From the human T2T-CHM13v2.0 reference genome, Homo sapiens: DNA of 64,000 nt. Position numbers and translations under genes: made by a program. The notes under the pieces are model-generated. The model was given only the letters and a program-made list of their open reading frames with translations. It made no database searches and was not told the origin of the DNA. The stretch lies in NCBI RefSeq assembly GCF_009914755.1, contig NC_060947.1; one strand, given 5' to 3'. How positions within the stretch are numbered: the first letter of the stretch is position 1; each line of letters opens with the position of its first letter. This document shows positions 1 through 14,357 of the stretch, in pieces.

Positions 1-408
1 ACATCCCCATGAAAATAATCATAATTAGACTTTCCCCTCCTTTCATTCAGCCCTCCCTTAGTCTCATGTAACAAATTCTTGTTCCATTTGTTTTGGAATC
101 GTGATCTACCTCCTGAAGTCCCCTGCTTCTGGGCTGACATAGTCTGGGAAATTTTGAATCTTGGGTCCTTTGTACAGTGCATTTCATTGTGGCTCTAAGG
201 CTAACTTTCTTAGACCCATCTTTCATAATACCCAATCTTTGATCTGTAATTTGTGACACATCCCTTTGTGACTGTCACAATGAAAGTTGCAAGACTGACA
301 GCTTTGGGTTGATTTAGTACAGCGATTGAATATATCAGATAGAGGAGCCTGGATTTCCCTATTGGGTATAATACATATACGGACCTAACCATGACCTTTT
401 CTTAAGGA

Positions 409-702
409 CAAAAAACCAAACACTGCATGTTCTCACTCATAGGTGGGAATTGAACAATGAGAACACATGGACACAGGAAGGGGAACATCACACTCTGGGG
501 ACTGTTGTGGGGTGGGGGGAGGGGGGAGGGATAGCATTAGGAGATATACCTAATGTTAAATGACGAGTTAATGGGTGCAGCACACCAACCTGGCACATGT
601 ATACATATGTAACAAACCTGCACATTGTGCACATGTACCCTAAAACTTAAAGTGTAATAATAATAAAATTTAAAAAAATTTCCAAAAATTGAAAAAAAAA
701 AA
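409..702 (+). mobile_element. L1PA 3' end fragment with A-rich tail
   Basis: Typical L1PA 3' UTR (catgttctcactcataggtgggaattgaacaatgagaacac...catgtaccctaaaacttaaagt) followed by A-rich tail. Confidence 0.9.
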
Positions 703-1163
703 GAATTTAGGTAACAATTACCATAAGTAAGTGTAAGTCAGTCAGTCTATGTTTTATGGACTGTGATTGGCAAGTCTACTTTATAAACCTTCCTATAAAG
801 TGTGGACCACAATTGTCACTAAAAAGCAAGGAATAAGAACCTGGGAATGAAATCTTATAATGTACATCAATTTGTAAAATGTTATTGTGTCAGCATGTAC
901 ACATGAATAAGAGCATGCTTATGTCTATCTGAAAAAGATACAGTCAGTGAAACATTTATATCAATAGCCCTTTACCTATACAAAATTAATCTAGGAGAGG
1001 CTGATTTTCTTTTTTTGATTTGGCAGTTTTTCCAAAATGTGTGTCTAAAAAGAGATAGTCGTTCTTCTAACACTAAATCTACTTATAAAATAGCATGCCA
1101 AATATACCTAAGTATATTTTCATCCCTTCTTTTATTAGGTGAGGGAGTATGCCTTTTGTATTA

Positions 1164-1388
<225 letters not shown>

Positions 1389-1736
1389 TTAATTAAAGAT
1401 AAAATTTGGGGGAAGAAAATAACTAAAGAGGCTACTAGAGGAAATCAGCTGCTTAATTAAAATTAGAAAATACACACCTAAGAGGAAGAAACAGTTTTAT
1501 CCATGGATATCTCATTAACTATAGTGACAATGCAATATTTAAAATAAACATAACAGAAAGAAGCACAACAATAAATAAAAATTTAGCTCTTCCTGAAATG
1601 AAGACTTTGTGAGCACAAGAGGTAGCACAAAAGAATATGAATAACCTCGTGTGGATTGAAAATGTACATGAAGGTGAGGCGTATTAAATATTTTGCTATC
1701 ATGATAGAATATATGAAATGTAAATAATAAGTTTAT

Positions 1737-2035
1737 GCCGGGCGCGGTGGCTCACATCTGTAATCCCAGCACTTTGGGAGGCCAAGGCAGGTGAATCACT
1801 AGAGGTCGGGAGTTAGAGACTACCCTGGTCAACATGGCGAAACCCCGTCTCTACCGAAAATACAAAACGCCGGGCATGATGGTGCATGCCTGTAATCCCA
1901 GCTACTTAGGAGGCTGAGGACTTGAGCCAGGGAAGCGGAGGTTGCAGTGCGCTGAGAAAGCGCCATTGCACTCCAGCCTGGGCAACAGAGGGAAACTCTG
2001 TCTCAATAAATAAATAAATAAATAAAATAATAATA
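1737..2035 (+). mobile_element. AluS-type SINE
   Basis: Dimeric Alu, (TAAA)n tail, TSD aataataagtttat on both sides. Confidence 0.92.
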
Positions 2036-2554
2036 ATAAGTTTATATAATCTCATTTTGAAGTCAGATTACATGTTCTAAAATCATTATTCATTTTAATT
2101 TAATCCTCTCTATTGTTCCTAAACTACTCTTATTTAAATTAATGTACCATTATATGTGTATATTTAAACACAGACCCAAATACACACACATAAACACATA
2201 TCATAGAAAGGTGTAAATATGAGCTTTAAAATACAATTAACCTCTCAACATATTAGTAGATGATACACATACAATATTGATTTTACTGTTTTATTTTGAG
2301 CTTTATAAAAATACTTTTATATGTAAGTAAGAATCTAAATAAAAATTGTTAATTGGAATTTGGTATGTTTGATGCTTTGTGTTTATGAATTCTGATTTTC
2401 TTAGGAATTGTCCAGATATCCAAAAAAATTTACTCATTATTTTCAAGGTCTCAAAGTCAATTACAGAACTAAGAAATTAAATTTAGGTTGACGTTAAAGA
2501 AAAATACACTCACTGTTGGTATTAGAATTTTGGTTTTATGCAAGCCGGGCTCAA

Positions 2555-2660
2555 AACCTAGGTGATAGTTTGACAGGTGCAGCAAACCACCATGGCACAC
2601 ATTTACCTATGTAACAAACCTGCACATCTTGCACTTGTACCCTTGAACTTAAAACAAAGA
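2555..2660 (+). mobile_element. Short older L1PA 3' end
   Basis: ggtgcagcaaaccaccatggcacacatttacctatgtaacaaacctgcac; agaattttgg occurs on both sides (possible TSD). Confidence 0.75.
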
Positions 2661-3457
2661 ATTTTGGCTTTATAATATTACAGTGAAAACACTTACATAG
2701 TCCAAATAGAATAACTGTATACCCACATATTTTGTGGCTTTACCTGAAGTTTGAGAGAACCAATCATTTTGCAAAGACATGGCTTACTGTAATTCAGTTT
2801 CTCATGATTACCTTAAACATTTAATGAGAGTAACGTTAGCTTACCTGAGCAGTGAAAACAGTATACAGGAAATTTAGCAAGTTCAGCTTAATTAGTCTTT
2901 TATGAGAAAATAATCCCAAACCATGCAAATGGTTTGGGAAAGGACAAGTGGGAAGGCTATGTGGGGTGTGAGTGCCATAAAGCAGGGATGTCCACATATA
3001 TTTTTATCACCATTGTAAAAAAAATTTGACACCTCCCAATTGTTCGATATTTTTATAAAGTATGTAATACATTATAGTATTTATTATGTGCATTTAACAT
3101 ATTTATAAGTAGAAGCTTATAAAATAAATCAAAATGAAAGAAATTGAATTTTAAACATTTACTTTCTATGTCCCACTGGATCATCTGGGTACCCATAGGT
3201 CTCTGTGGAGACCATTTCTCTATTACCAATTTAGATATTCCACTCTGCTACTTAACGCACTAGATGGTTCTCTCTTAACCTCTATAATGCTCAGCTTTAG
3301 GCAAATAGTGCCAAAACAGTTCCCAAAATGTGAGTTCCAATTTACATTTCTGTAAAAAGTGTATGAACCTTCCAATTGCTCCTTATCCTTACCAATATTT
3401 GGTATTTTCAACATTTTATACTTTGGTATGTTTATGTTCTACAACCACTGGTTTTTT

Positions 3458-4181
3458 TTATTTTTTATTTTTTATTATTTTTATTTTTTTTATTATACTT
3501 TAAGTTTTAGGGTACATGTGCACATTGTGCAGGTTAGTTACATATGTATACATGTGCCATGCTGGTGCGCTGCACCCACTAACTCGTCATCTAGCATTAG
3601 GTATATCTCCCAATGCTATCCCTCCCCCCTCCCCCCACCCCACAACAGGCCCCAGAGTGTGATATTCCCCTTCCTGTATCCATGTGATCTCATTGTTCAA
3701 TTCCCACCTATGAGTGAGAATATGCGGTGTTTGGTTTTTTGTTCTTGCGATAGTTTACTGAGAATGATGCTTTCCAATTTCATCCATGTCCCTACAAAGG
3801 ACATGAACTCATCATTTTTTATGGCTGCATAGTATTCCATGGTGTATATGTGCCACATTTTCTTAATCCAGTCTATCATTGTTGGACATTTGGGTTGGTT
3901 CCAAGTCTTTGCTATTGTGAATAATGCCGCAATAAATATACGTGTGCATGTGTCTTTATAGCAGCATGATTTAGAGTTCTTTGGGTATATATCCAGTAAT
4001 GGGATGGCTGGGTCAAATGGTATTTCTAGTTCTAGACCCCTGAGCAATCGCCACACTGACTTCCACAATGGTTGAACTAGTTTACAGTCCCACCAACAGT
4101 GTAAAAGTGTTCCTATTTCTCCACATCCTCTCCAGCACCTGTTGTTTCCTGACTTTTTAATGATTGCCATTCTAAGTGGTG
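3458..4181 (-). mobile_element. 5'-truncated young L1 (L1PA2-like)
   Basis: ORF 3697-4188 is the ORF2p C-terminus ([17 protein letters not shown]); 16-bp TSD caaccactggtttttt at 3442-3457 and 4182-4197; GAG rather than Ta-type ACA in the 3' UTR. Confidence 0.93.
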
Positions 4182-4539
4182 CAACCACTGGTTTTTTAGA
4201 GCACTTTTTAATACCAAAGAAAATAAAACTGATGTCAACAATAATAAAAAAGCGACACTTTAGAGTAGAGTCTTTTCATTCTGGATAGCAATGTTTCTCA
4301 AGGTCTTGTGACTTTATAGAACACAGTTTATCAGTTCTCTGTTCTTGATGTTGTTATATTTCAATAAACTATTATTCTTAGTATTATGTCCTTGTTACAC
4401 ATTAGCAGAATTTGTCCCACAATTTTGCAGAATGTTTCATGAACAGAAGCGGTTTTTATAGAGCTGCAATACTGAGAAGCTTTGAGCTTTGAAATTATAT
4501 CAGAGCTTTTGAGATAACTTGCTATTAGAAATCACATGA

Positions 4540-5040
4540 ATAAACAAGTGGGACTACATCAAACTAAAGTTTCTGCACAACAAAGAAAATAATCAACAGA
4601 ATGAAAAGGTAACCCATGGAATGGGAGAAAATATTTGCAAACCATGCATCCAATAAGGAGTCAATATCCACAATTAGAAACTTATAAAATTAATACCCAC
4701 AATAAGAAACTTATAAAACTCAATGTCAAGAAAAAACTAGCAAGTAACCTGATTTTAAAAATGAGTAAAAGACACTGGGTAGTTATTTTTTCCAATGAAA
4801 ATGTGCAAATGGTCAAAAGGTACATGAAAAGGTGACTGTAGTTAATAATATGTAATGTATATTTGAAATTTGCTAAGAAGGTAGATCTAAAGCGTTCTCA
4901 TCTCACACGAAATGGTAACTATGTGAGGTGATGGATATGTTACCTGGCTTGATTGTGGTAATCATTTCACAGTGTACACATATATCAAATCATCACATTA
5001 CCCATCTTGAATATATATAATTTTTGTCAATTGTACAAAA
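4540..5040 (+). mobile_element. Old L1M(A) ORF2/3' end fragments
   Basis: aagtgggactacatcaaactaaa...gaatgggagaaaatatttgcaaacc and ggtaactatgtgaggtgatggatatgtt motifs. Confidence 0.7.
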
Positions 5041-6229
5041 AAATCACATTCCAAGACCAAAATAAACAGACATTAATCTGGGAGAGATCAAAGTACTTTG
5101 TAGGTAAAAGAGCCTCAGGAGGAGGCACTGACCACCAGTTCCTTTTACTTCTATAAGAGCTAATCAAATTTTTCTTACTTGCCCAATAATGTATTTCTAT
5201 CCATTTTTGCATTATTATACATTTTGAGGTAATCTCGTGGGTACAAAAAGTTTACAATTGTCATATCTTAAAAATAATGAAGAAAATGTGGTAAAAATAA
5301 GTTGAATAGCAGATGAAACCAAAATTGTCAGCTTTATTAAGAGGGGAAGATAAATTGCAGGACTTTGCTTGTGAGAGTGAAATGAGACTAACATAACTCC
5401 AGACTTAAGGAAACCTATCCATCAGCCTAGAAGCATATTTCTCTAGTCTAGAAGACGCAGAGAGCCTTCAAGTTACACTGCTTTGAGATTTCTTCACAGT
5501 GAAGTAAATATCAGGAATAGGGAAGGACGTTGGGAATTCTCTGCTTGTGTTCTTTGCCCCTTTCTCTACTTTGTTGTTCATTTCTTTCTTATTGAAATGA
5601 AAGAACTAGCTTGGGTATATTTTTGTTTATCTAATCATATGGACAAACAAAAGCACTTGAAAAGCACTCCTAAGTTTGCGGCTGATTTTTTAACTTGGCC
5701 TATGGTGATTTTACGCTTAATACATTTTTTTTTTCAATTTCAGTATAATCAGATTTTGTCTGAGGATTTTTCTTTGGAAATGACCTAAGGAAAGAAGTAT
5801 AAGAAACTTGAATAAAAGGAGAGATATATTATGTCCCAGGTTCAGATTCAAAATTGTAAAGAATTAATTCTACCTAAAATAAAGTATTAATTCACTGTAA
5901 TCCAAATCAAAATACTTAGCGTATGTTTTTTTGTGAAGTTTGGCCAGTAGGTCTTAAATTTACCAGAAATAAAGTACAAAAGAGGATCAGAAAAAATATA
6001 TGTAAGGAACGTTTTAACCACATCTTTATTATATGAAAAAGAGATTTGCTGTTGCTTCTCTTTTTCCATTAAAACACCTATCCTAGGGGGTTGAATGGAA
6101 ATTGAACAGACATAGGTTACCATTACACTTTAAAGTACTTTAAGAGGAACATTTCTTCCCTTTAACTGTATTTCGGTTTAAGTTGGTCATTTTTCTCCTA
6201 AGCGAAGGAAGAACCTCGTGCTTTCCCCA

Positions 6230-6347
6230 TCACGGAGAGGGGGCGGAGCATCCTCTAGGAGCTTGGAAGAAAGCTGCGCCCAGCCAGTCTTCGGGGAGGA
6301 GCTGCATTACACACAGGCTTCGGAGGCTTCCGTGGAGAAGCTTGGAG
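6230..6347 (+). promoter_or_regulatory. PWWP3B: GC-box promoter and non-coding exon 1 (copy 1), probable main PWWP3B start
   Basis: ggggcggagc Sp1-type box at about 6240, local CpG enrichment in an AT-rich background, splice donor GAG|GTAATG at 6348; TSS not determinable from sequence. Confidence 0.7.
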
Positions 6348-8992
6348 GTAATGGCTGTCGTAAATGCTAGTTATTTTCAGAGAGTTCTCGAAGATTTGGA
6401 ATAAAGGTGAGAAAAGAAGAGAGTGCTGCTTAGGAATAACGGGAAAGGAGTGTCGTTCTGTGAGGGTCGTTGTTTCTGTGAGGGAATTAATATCTGTGTT
6501 TTGTGTTCCTTCAGATTATTTTAAAAGTCCACAGTCGGGGAGGTGGTAATCAACATTACACCTGTGGAAAAATATTCTTAAAGAGGTAGCAAAAGCTAAC
6601 TTTTTAATAGAGCATTTTATGTTTCCATCAAAAGGCAGTGGTGGCTGAGATAAATGATGAAACAAAACTTGGGAGTTTAATCTTCCTTATTTTGAAAAAG
6701 GTTGTAATAGTCTTAAATGAAAAATTAAGTTGTTGGGGATGTTGGTTTTTTATATTACTTTGAATGTGTTGTGTTTCTAACAAATCTTACTGTTTTGGTG
6801 GAGTATGTTAGTAATTTAAAGTAATGCATAACTGTGCAAATTCGAGTATCTCTGAGAATTAGTTTGGTTATTTGTCAAGGGATACACAATGACTTAATAT
6901 AATAGCTTTTTAAATAATGTGCAAAATATGATCTTTGTCTGTACTTCTACCTATCTCTCAAGAGAATTGTACATTCCTATTTGTACTGCAATGGAAAAAA
7001 TCTAAAAGATCATAACAATAACAGACGTGCATTAGTATAATAAAACACAACAAACAATATACTTAGTAATAAAGGATGCCTGATAAAAAAGGATGTCAGG
7101 GGAAAAAGGAGGAAATTTTCCACTTCTTTCTTCCACATTTTACTTAGCATGTAGTTTCTATGTCGGCATAGAAACTGAGATGAGAACTTAAAATCATGGG
7201 GAAAAGCTACTTTCCCCAAAATAGCGTAAACTCATATATAAACAGGGAAAGGTGTTCAAATATGTGGCTAAATAAATGTAATTTTAAATAGTATATTCAA
7301 ACATGTATGTGATGAGGAAAAAAATAAAAAGGATTAGACATCAAATGTATGCCGTGAACAACTCAGGGTTTGAGTACTGATGATGTGTATTTTCATCTTT
7401 AGATTTTTATGTACTTTTAGATTCTTTTGGAAACGATAATGGAGCTGAAAAGGGAATAATCACTTTTGTTACAGACACTTGAGCAAATAGCCACACACAC
7501 ATTCCATTGTCTTTAGCTGCAGTAGGATTTTTCTATGGGTCTGAGAAGGCTCATTACCTGATTGCTTGTGCTTTTCTTGCAATTCAACTATTGAGGCTAT
7601 AGTCCAGACTCTGGTTCAAGCAGAACATATTTATCTTTATACTCCTGAGGAATAATTCGTAAAATGTTTTAAACATATTATGACATAGTCATATAGGATA
7701 GTATATCTATAATGTTGAATACTACGCAGCTGTAAAAGGAATGAGTTAACTCTAAATGCAATGATTAGAGTAAATGTCCAAGGTAGTTTCTAAAAATAAG
7801 CAAATTGAAGAATGGCCTGTATCATGTAATCCTATTTGTTTACCAAAAAGAATGTGCATGCATTCGTACAGTGTATGCAATAAAAACCTGGAAATATACA
7901 TGCTACTTTATTAATTGGAGAAATCTGGAAATAATACATGCCACTTTATTAATTGGAGATATAAGTGTTCTTATATCTCCACACATATCTCCAATTAATA
8001 GACAGAATATTTTAACCTTCTATGTATTACATTTCCCCATTTTAAAAATTTCATTTTGAAAAGAGCAAGCCTGAATAATTTTCATCATGAGAAAAACATA
8101 AAATTTTAGAAATGTGGAAAAAATTTTGTAAAGCAATTCACAAAAAGATGATATGGAAAATAATTATTGATATGGAAAGATGTTCAAATATATTACTGGA
8201 GGAATAAAGGGTCTAGTTTCAAAAAGCTTCCACATTGGTAAGTCTCTACAGAAAAAAATCTAGAAATATACAGAGCAAACCATTACATTTTGACCATTGT
8301 TGTGGAGATTTCCTTTCTTCTTTGGAAATCCAAAAGATGTAGAAAGATATATACAATTTGCATGAGAGATATTATGATGAAAAATATTAAAATGAGAACA
8401 TTATGATCCCATTTTTGTATAACACATGCACAGAACTCTTAAACTGAGAATGAAAAATTCTAGAAGCCTGAGTGTCTGCAGTTCTGGTTCTGGTCACAAG
8501 ATGGTGCTTGCCAGGTTTACTAAGCTTTGTCCAGGCAAATATTTTTATGAAGTGGACAAAGCAATGAAATATGTTTTGTATTAGCCGACTATGAGACAGC
8601 ATGTAGAGTGTGATTGAAATTCCATTCAAAATATTATAAATATCTAGAAGAAAAATCCCCACCAATAACTGACATGAAGACTCACACAGAAATCATAAAA
8701 AATGCTGCTACATAGAGTCTGGCCCATAGTAGAAACAAGTCAATTGTTCTTTCCCTTCTCTCTTTTCTCCACCTCATAATTTTCCTGAAGGATATGATTT
8801 TAGCATGAACGAAATAACATAACTGACCCAGAGAGCATTTCATATTATAATAACATGAAGGAAAATAGATGGCATCTACATCACAGATGAGATTTTGCCT
8901 CATTCCTGTGTTTTGGAATGACAGCCTGTTAGAGTTTAGGTAGGGAAATTTATTTACACCTTTTCCATTTCATTGGTTTGATTCCCTGCCAG

Positions 8993-9120
8993 CCGAGCCC
9001 CAGAAAGACAGGTCAACCACAGAAGTGCTGAGCCAGGTAAAGACCCTGCTGGACAAGCAGCTGGAGTGAGAATCAAGACAGCTGGACCACAGGACCAGAC
9101 CCAGCAGTATCCATGTGACA
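8993..9120 (+). other. PWWP3B: Predicted non-coding exon 2 (copy 1, 128 bp)
   Basis: Pyrimidine tract plus ccctgccAG acceptor (8991-8992); donor ACA|GTGAGT at 9121; higher GC than flanks. Confidence 0.7.
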
Positions 9121-9535
9121 GTGAGTAAGACTCTTCCCATTTCACAAAACATTTCACGGTATAAACATGTTGAGAACTTGGAGAACAATGTATTTTGCTT
9201 CCGGCTCTACAGTCATCATAGCATTTTAAATTAAAAGCCACATTTCATGTAAGGATTATGTTAGGTTGAGAATTTGGGGTGTACTTCATTTTGTTTCCTG
9301 TTCTACAGCTATCATGTTTGTAATTAAAAGTCATAACTTCTAGTTTTTGGAAAGAATCCATATATTATACCACTATGAAGAAATCATGCAAGAGGCTATG
9401 CAGGTGTCTCCCTGAGGCCTGACTCTGTAGTCCTTGACAACTATACTAGGTTGTCATACCATAAACTAGATAACATAGTTATAAAGGTTTCTTAGAACCT
9501 GCTTAAGGTCTTATGACCTTCTTGAATCACCTGTA

Positions 9536-11009
9536 CAGTCATGCATGGCTTAACGATGGGGACATATTCTGAGAAATGCTTCAATAGGCGATTTTATCTG
9601 AGAACATTATAGAGTGTACTTGCACGAACTTAGATGGTATAGCCTACTACACACTTAGGCTATATGGTATAGCCTACTACACACTTAGGCTATATGGTAT
9701 AGCCTATTGCTCCTATACCACAAACCTGTATACCATGTTACTGTACTGAATACTATAAGCAGTTGCAACACAACTGCCTACAGTGGTGAATACTGAATAC
9801 TGTAGGCAGTTGCAACACAACTGCCTACAACATGGTGCTGTTGTCTCCTAGAATAACAATGCCCTTTTCTGGAATACCTCCTGAAAGACCTGCTCTGTGC
9901 CTATTTTACGATTAACATTTTTTTTTCTAAGTTGAAGGAATATACTAAAATAAGATTAAAAAGTATAGTAAGTACATAAACCAATAACAGTCATTTATTA
10001 TCATTATAATAGTATTTGTATATCCAAACATATCTAAATATAGAGAAGTTACAGTAAAAATATGACATAAAAGACAAAAAATGGTATACCTGTATAGGGG
10101 AATTACCATGAATGGAGCTTGCAGGACTGGAAGTTACTTTGGGTAAGTCAGTGAGTGAGTGGTGAGTGAAAGTGAAGGCCTAGAATATTATGTATACTAC
10201 TGTAGCTTGAACACTTAGGCTACACTAAATTTATAAAAAAAAATATTTTTTTAATAATAAATTAACCTTAGCTTATGGTAACATTTTACTTTATAAATGT
10301 TTAAATTTTTAAATCTTTTAACACTTTTGTAATAATACCTTAAAGCACTAACACATTGTACAGCAGTAAAAAAAATAAAATAAAATAATTTCTTTCTTTA
10401 TATCCTTGTTCTATAAGCTTTTTTCCTATTTTAAAAAATTTTTTATTTTTTTTCTTTTCAAACTTTTTTTTGTTAAACACCAACACACATATTAGCCTAG
10501 GCCTACACAGGGTCAAGATCGTCAATATCACCATCCTCCATTTACACATCTCGTCCCACTGGAAGGTCTTCAGGGGCAGTAACACTCATGGTGCTGTTGT
10601 CTCCTAGAATAACAATGCCCTTTTCTAGAATACCCCCTGAATCAAGACCTGCTCTGTGGCTATTTTACGGTTAGCATTTTTTTTTTCTAAGTAGAAGGAA
10701 TATACTAAAATAAGATTAAAAAGTACAGTAAGTACATAAACCAATAACAGTCATTTATTATCACTATCAAGTATTAGGTACGTCACATAATTGTATGTGC
10801 TATACTTTTATGCCACTATCAGTGTAGTAGGTTGTTTACACCAGCAGCACCACAAACAGGTGAGTCATGAATTGTGCTTCAGTGTTACAATGGCTGTGAC
10901 CGACATCACTAGGCAACAGGAATTTTGCAGCTTTATTATAATCTTACAGGAACGTCGTCATATATGCAGTTTGTCATTGACTGAAATGTCACTATGCACG
11001 ACATGACTA
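9536..11009. mobile_element. Tigger3/Golem (MER7-type) DNA transposon
   Basis: Inverted ends cagtcatgc.../...catgacta flanked by TA; diagnostic gatggtatagcctactacacac.taggctatatggtatagcc. Confidence 0.85.
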
Positions 11010-12745
11010 TATTCTCTTAAATAATATTTTGTAGTGGTTTAACAAACTTAATTCTTTCCCAGCAACCATCACAAATCCGTGCCTCATAACGTTGTGCTGT
11101 CAGTGAGATTGTTGATGCTGAGCCTCATTGTGTCCGTGAGCTCTCCTTTGGTTGCCTTGGATAGACAGGGCAGTAGTGGCAGCTTAGAAAAGATTAGAAC
11201 CCAGCATTCACTTACGATAACTCAGAGGGTTGCAAAAGGCCAAATTATCCAAGAACAAAAACAATGTCCCCGATACTGCCAAAGCTCCTCCCACACAATT
11301 CCTTTTTTATTACACAACAGAGAAAATAACGATGGGATATTGGGTTTGTGTTATAATACTTCTCTTTTTTGTACCCCCCCAAATATATTCCACACATCTA
11401 ACCCCACCTATCTGATACCCATTATTCGTTCTTCTGACTTGTGTCTTGTCTATATTCTCATCGTCTACCTTCATCCTACTTAGTAAAGTAAATTTTTTAT
11501 CTGATCTCTTTTCTTCTTTGCCATGTTTTAATGCAATCCAATTATCACCCATTGAAAATACTTTATTCAAGCTACTTTGTGAAGGTTCAGGGGGATAAAA
11601 GAGGCTACAACAGACGAGAACCATTTACTATCCCCAGATAAATAGAATGAGGCTTCTTAAAAAACAAAAACAAACAAAAAACAGCTTTTCTAGACAACTA
11701 AGTAGCTAAAACTCTTTTTATTATTGTATTTTTAAATATATTAATGGCTTAATATTTAATATTTGGACAATCTAGGTTAATATAGAGATACAGGTGACCC
11801 ATGCATCCTTGCTGACTATGCTATCTAGGATATGGGAGATGACAACCTAGCATTGTTGTCAAGGATTGGACAGTTTTTCTCCGCTGAGCTAATAAAGGTT
11901 TCAAACCCACACTGTCTGATTTTTTGGCTGTCTGAAAAATTCAGAAACATAACCATGTCATAATGCCTTGGTGATAAACTCTTACAAGCTAAACATTGGG
12001 TCCTGCCAACAGAAATCCATATCTCACCAAAGAACTCTGTGTCATTTTAAAGTTGCTTACCAGGAAAATTTTGACCCAGGCTGACCCTTCTGTTATGAGT
12101 CTCTGGAAGAATGATGGCTTCTTTCTTTAGAGTCCCCAACGCAGACAGTTTTCTTTTATTCCATTTGATCATTACAGGAAGAGATGTGTCAAATGCAGCT
12201 CTGTGTCTCTAACCTGAATAGCGAGAATGTGGCAGGAGATGTGTTTACCCACTCACTGTGATAACAAATGGGGTTGTGAGGGCCTCACCAACTTTACCTA
12301 GTTTTATGATTTTTTATAACATTATCTTAAGAGACCTAAACCTCAGAATCATTATCCATTAGCAATGTGTAGGTTCTAATGCTTCCTGGGAAACAACACC
12401 TGAACATTAAAGGCAATAAAAATCTAAATTTAAATCTTAATTTTGTGAATATTTTGTGAATAAAAAAGCTCAGCAAAAGAGGATAAAAATGCAACTTTCC
12501 CATACTGAATTGGCAGCTGCAAACCGCAAAGCACAGGAGCAAGGAATTGCCAATTGTTAATGAGGGTAGAATGAAAATGGCAATTCTCTGTATAACGAAT
12601 GATTTTCAGCCCCTGTCCAGGAATCACCATATCTGAAAGGGAAGCTGCTGCCAGGCCCCTATAACACAAAAGAGACTTCTCATAACTGATCTAAGGCCAA
12701 GTTAATGCTATCATGCAGATACGGTCAGTGCAAAAGCATAGTGCA

Positions 12746-13045
12746 GGCTGGGAGCGGTGGCTCACACCTTGTAATCGTAGCATTTTGGGAGGCCGAGGCA
12801 GGCAGATCACCTGAAGTCAGGAGTTTTAGACCAGGCTGGCCAACATGGTGAAACCCCATCTCTACTAAAAGTACAAAAATTAGCTGGGTGTGGTGGCACA
12901 TGCCTGTAATCCCAGCTACTCAGGAGGCTGAGGCAGGAGACTCACTTGAACCCAGGAGGCAGAGTGAGCTGAGATCGTGCCACTGCACTACAGCCTGAGC
13001 GACAGAGCAAGACTCTGTCTCAAAAAAAAAAAAAAAAGAAGAAAA
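12746..13045 (+). mobile_element. AluS-type SINE
   Basis: Full dimer, poly-A tail, TSD aaaagcatagtgca. Confidence 0.93.
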
Positions 13046-13155
13046 AAGCATAGTGCATGAAAATACTTTTTAATTTGTGTGGGAATGTAGATGGATGTAA
13101 GAGATAGAAAGAAGTCAAGGATAGTAAGCATGGTAGTTGCTGAAGATGGTTGTAG

Positions 13156-13520
<365 letters not shown>

Positions 13521-13619
13521 ACGCTGGTGTTATATTCACCAATTTCCTCACAGTTTGAATGTGAGCGACATCATCTTTGGTTCTACCAAAGAAACATGAT
13601 TCCAAGCCCAGGAGGGAGT

Positions 13620-13745
13620 GAATAGTGGTGGAAAGAGGGCATACCTCCTGTTTTGGAGTCAGACTTTGGCTCCGATTTTGTCTCACCCTCTTCCTAGCTT
13701 TGTGACCGTGGCATTAGCAAGAGTGCCCTTGTTTCCTGGATCTCT
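13620..13745 (+). mobile_element. MIR fragment
   Basis: ttggagtcagac...ttcctagctttgtgaccgtggc resembles the MIR core. Confidence 0.5.
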
Positions 13746-13957
13746 ATTAGTTGTATCATTTATTTGCTTCTTAGTCAATTTAAGTAGAAAAATGCCATCT
13801 TATTGCTGTTTTATATTTGCATCTCTTTGATTATTAGGGAAGGTGAATATCTTTTATGTATTAGTTTTAATCTTTATTTTGAATATTTGGGTTTTGAGGA
13901 GTCCCGATATATAGCACCTCCCTTTCTCCACTGAACAAACTGGATAGATAGATATAA

Positions 13958-14357
<400 letters not shown>

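Larger units (their letters stand above)
5760..12400 (+). repeat. Non-coding promoter/5'-UTR module, copy 1
   Basis: Co-linear similarity to 14770-19073 plus 25042-25400 and to 39160-43360; interrupted by Tigger3. Confidence 0.85.

Noticed and set aside
1-400. Possible ERV-like fragment at the window start
   Set aside because: No diagnostic motif recognised, and truncated by the window edge
8682-9241. Similar short minus-strand ORFs at 8682-9241, 17182-17785 and 41940-42184, like a small protein family
   Set aside because: Frames and stops are not preserved; the similarity comes from the triplicated DNA, whose splice signals are on the + strand
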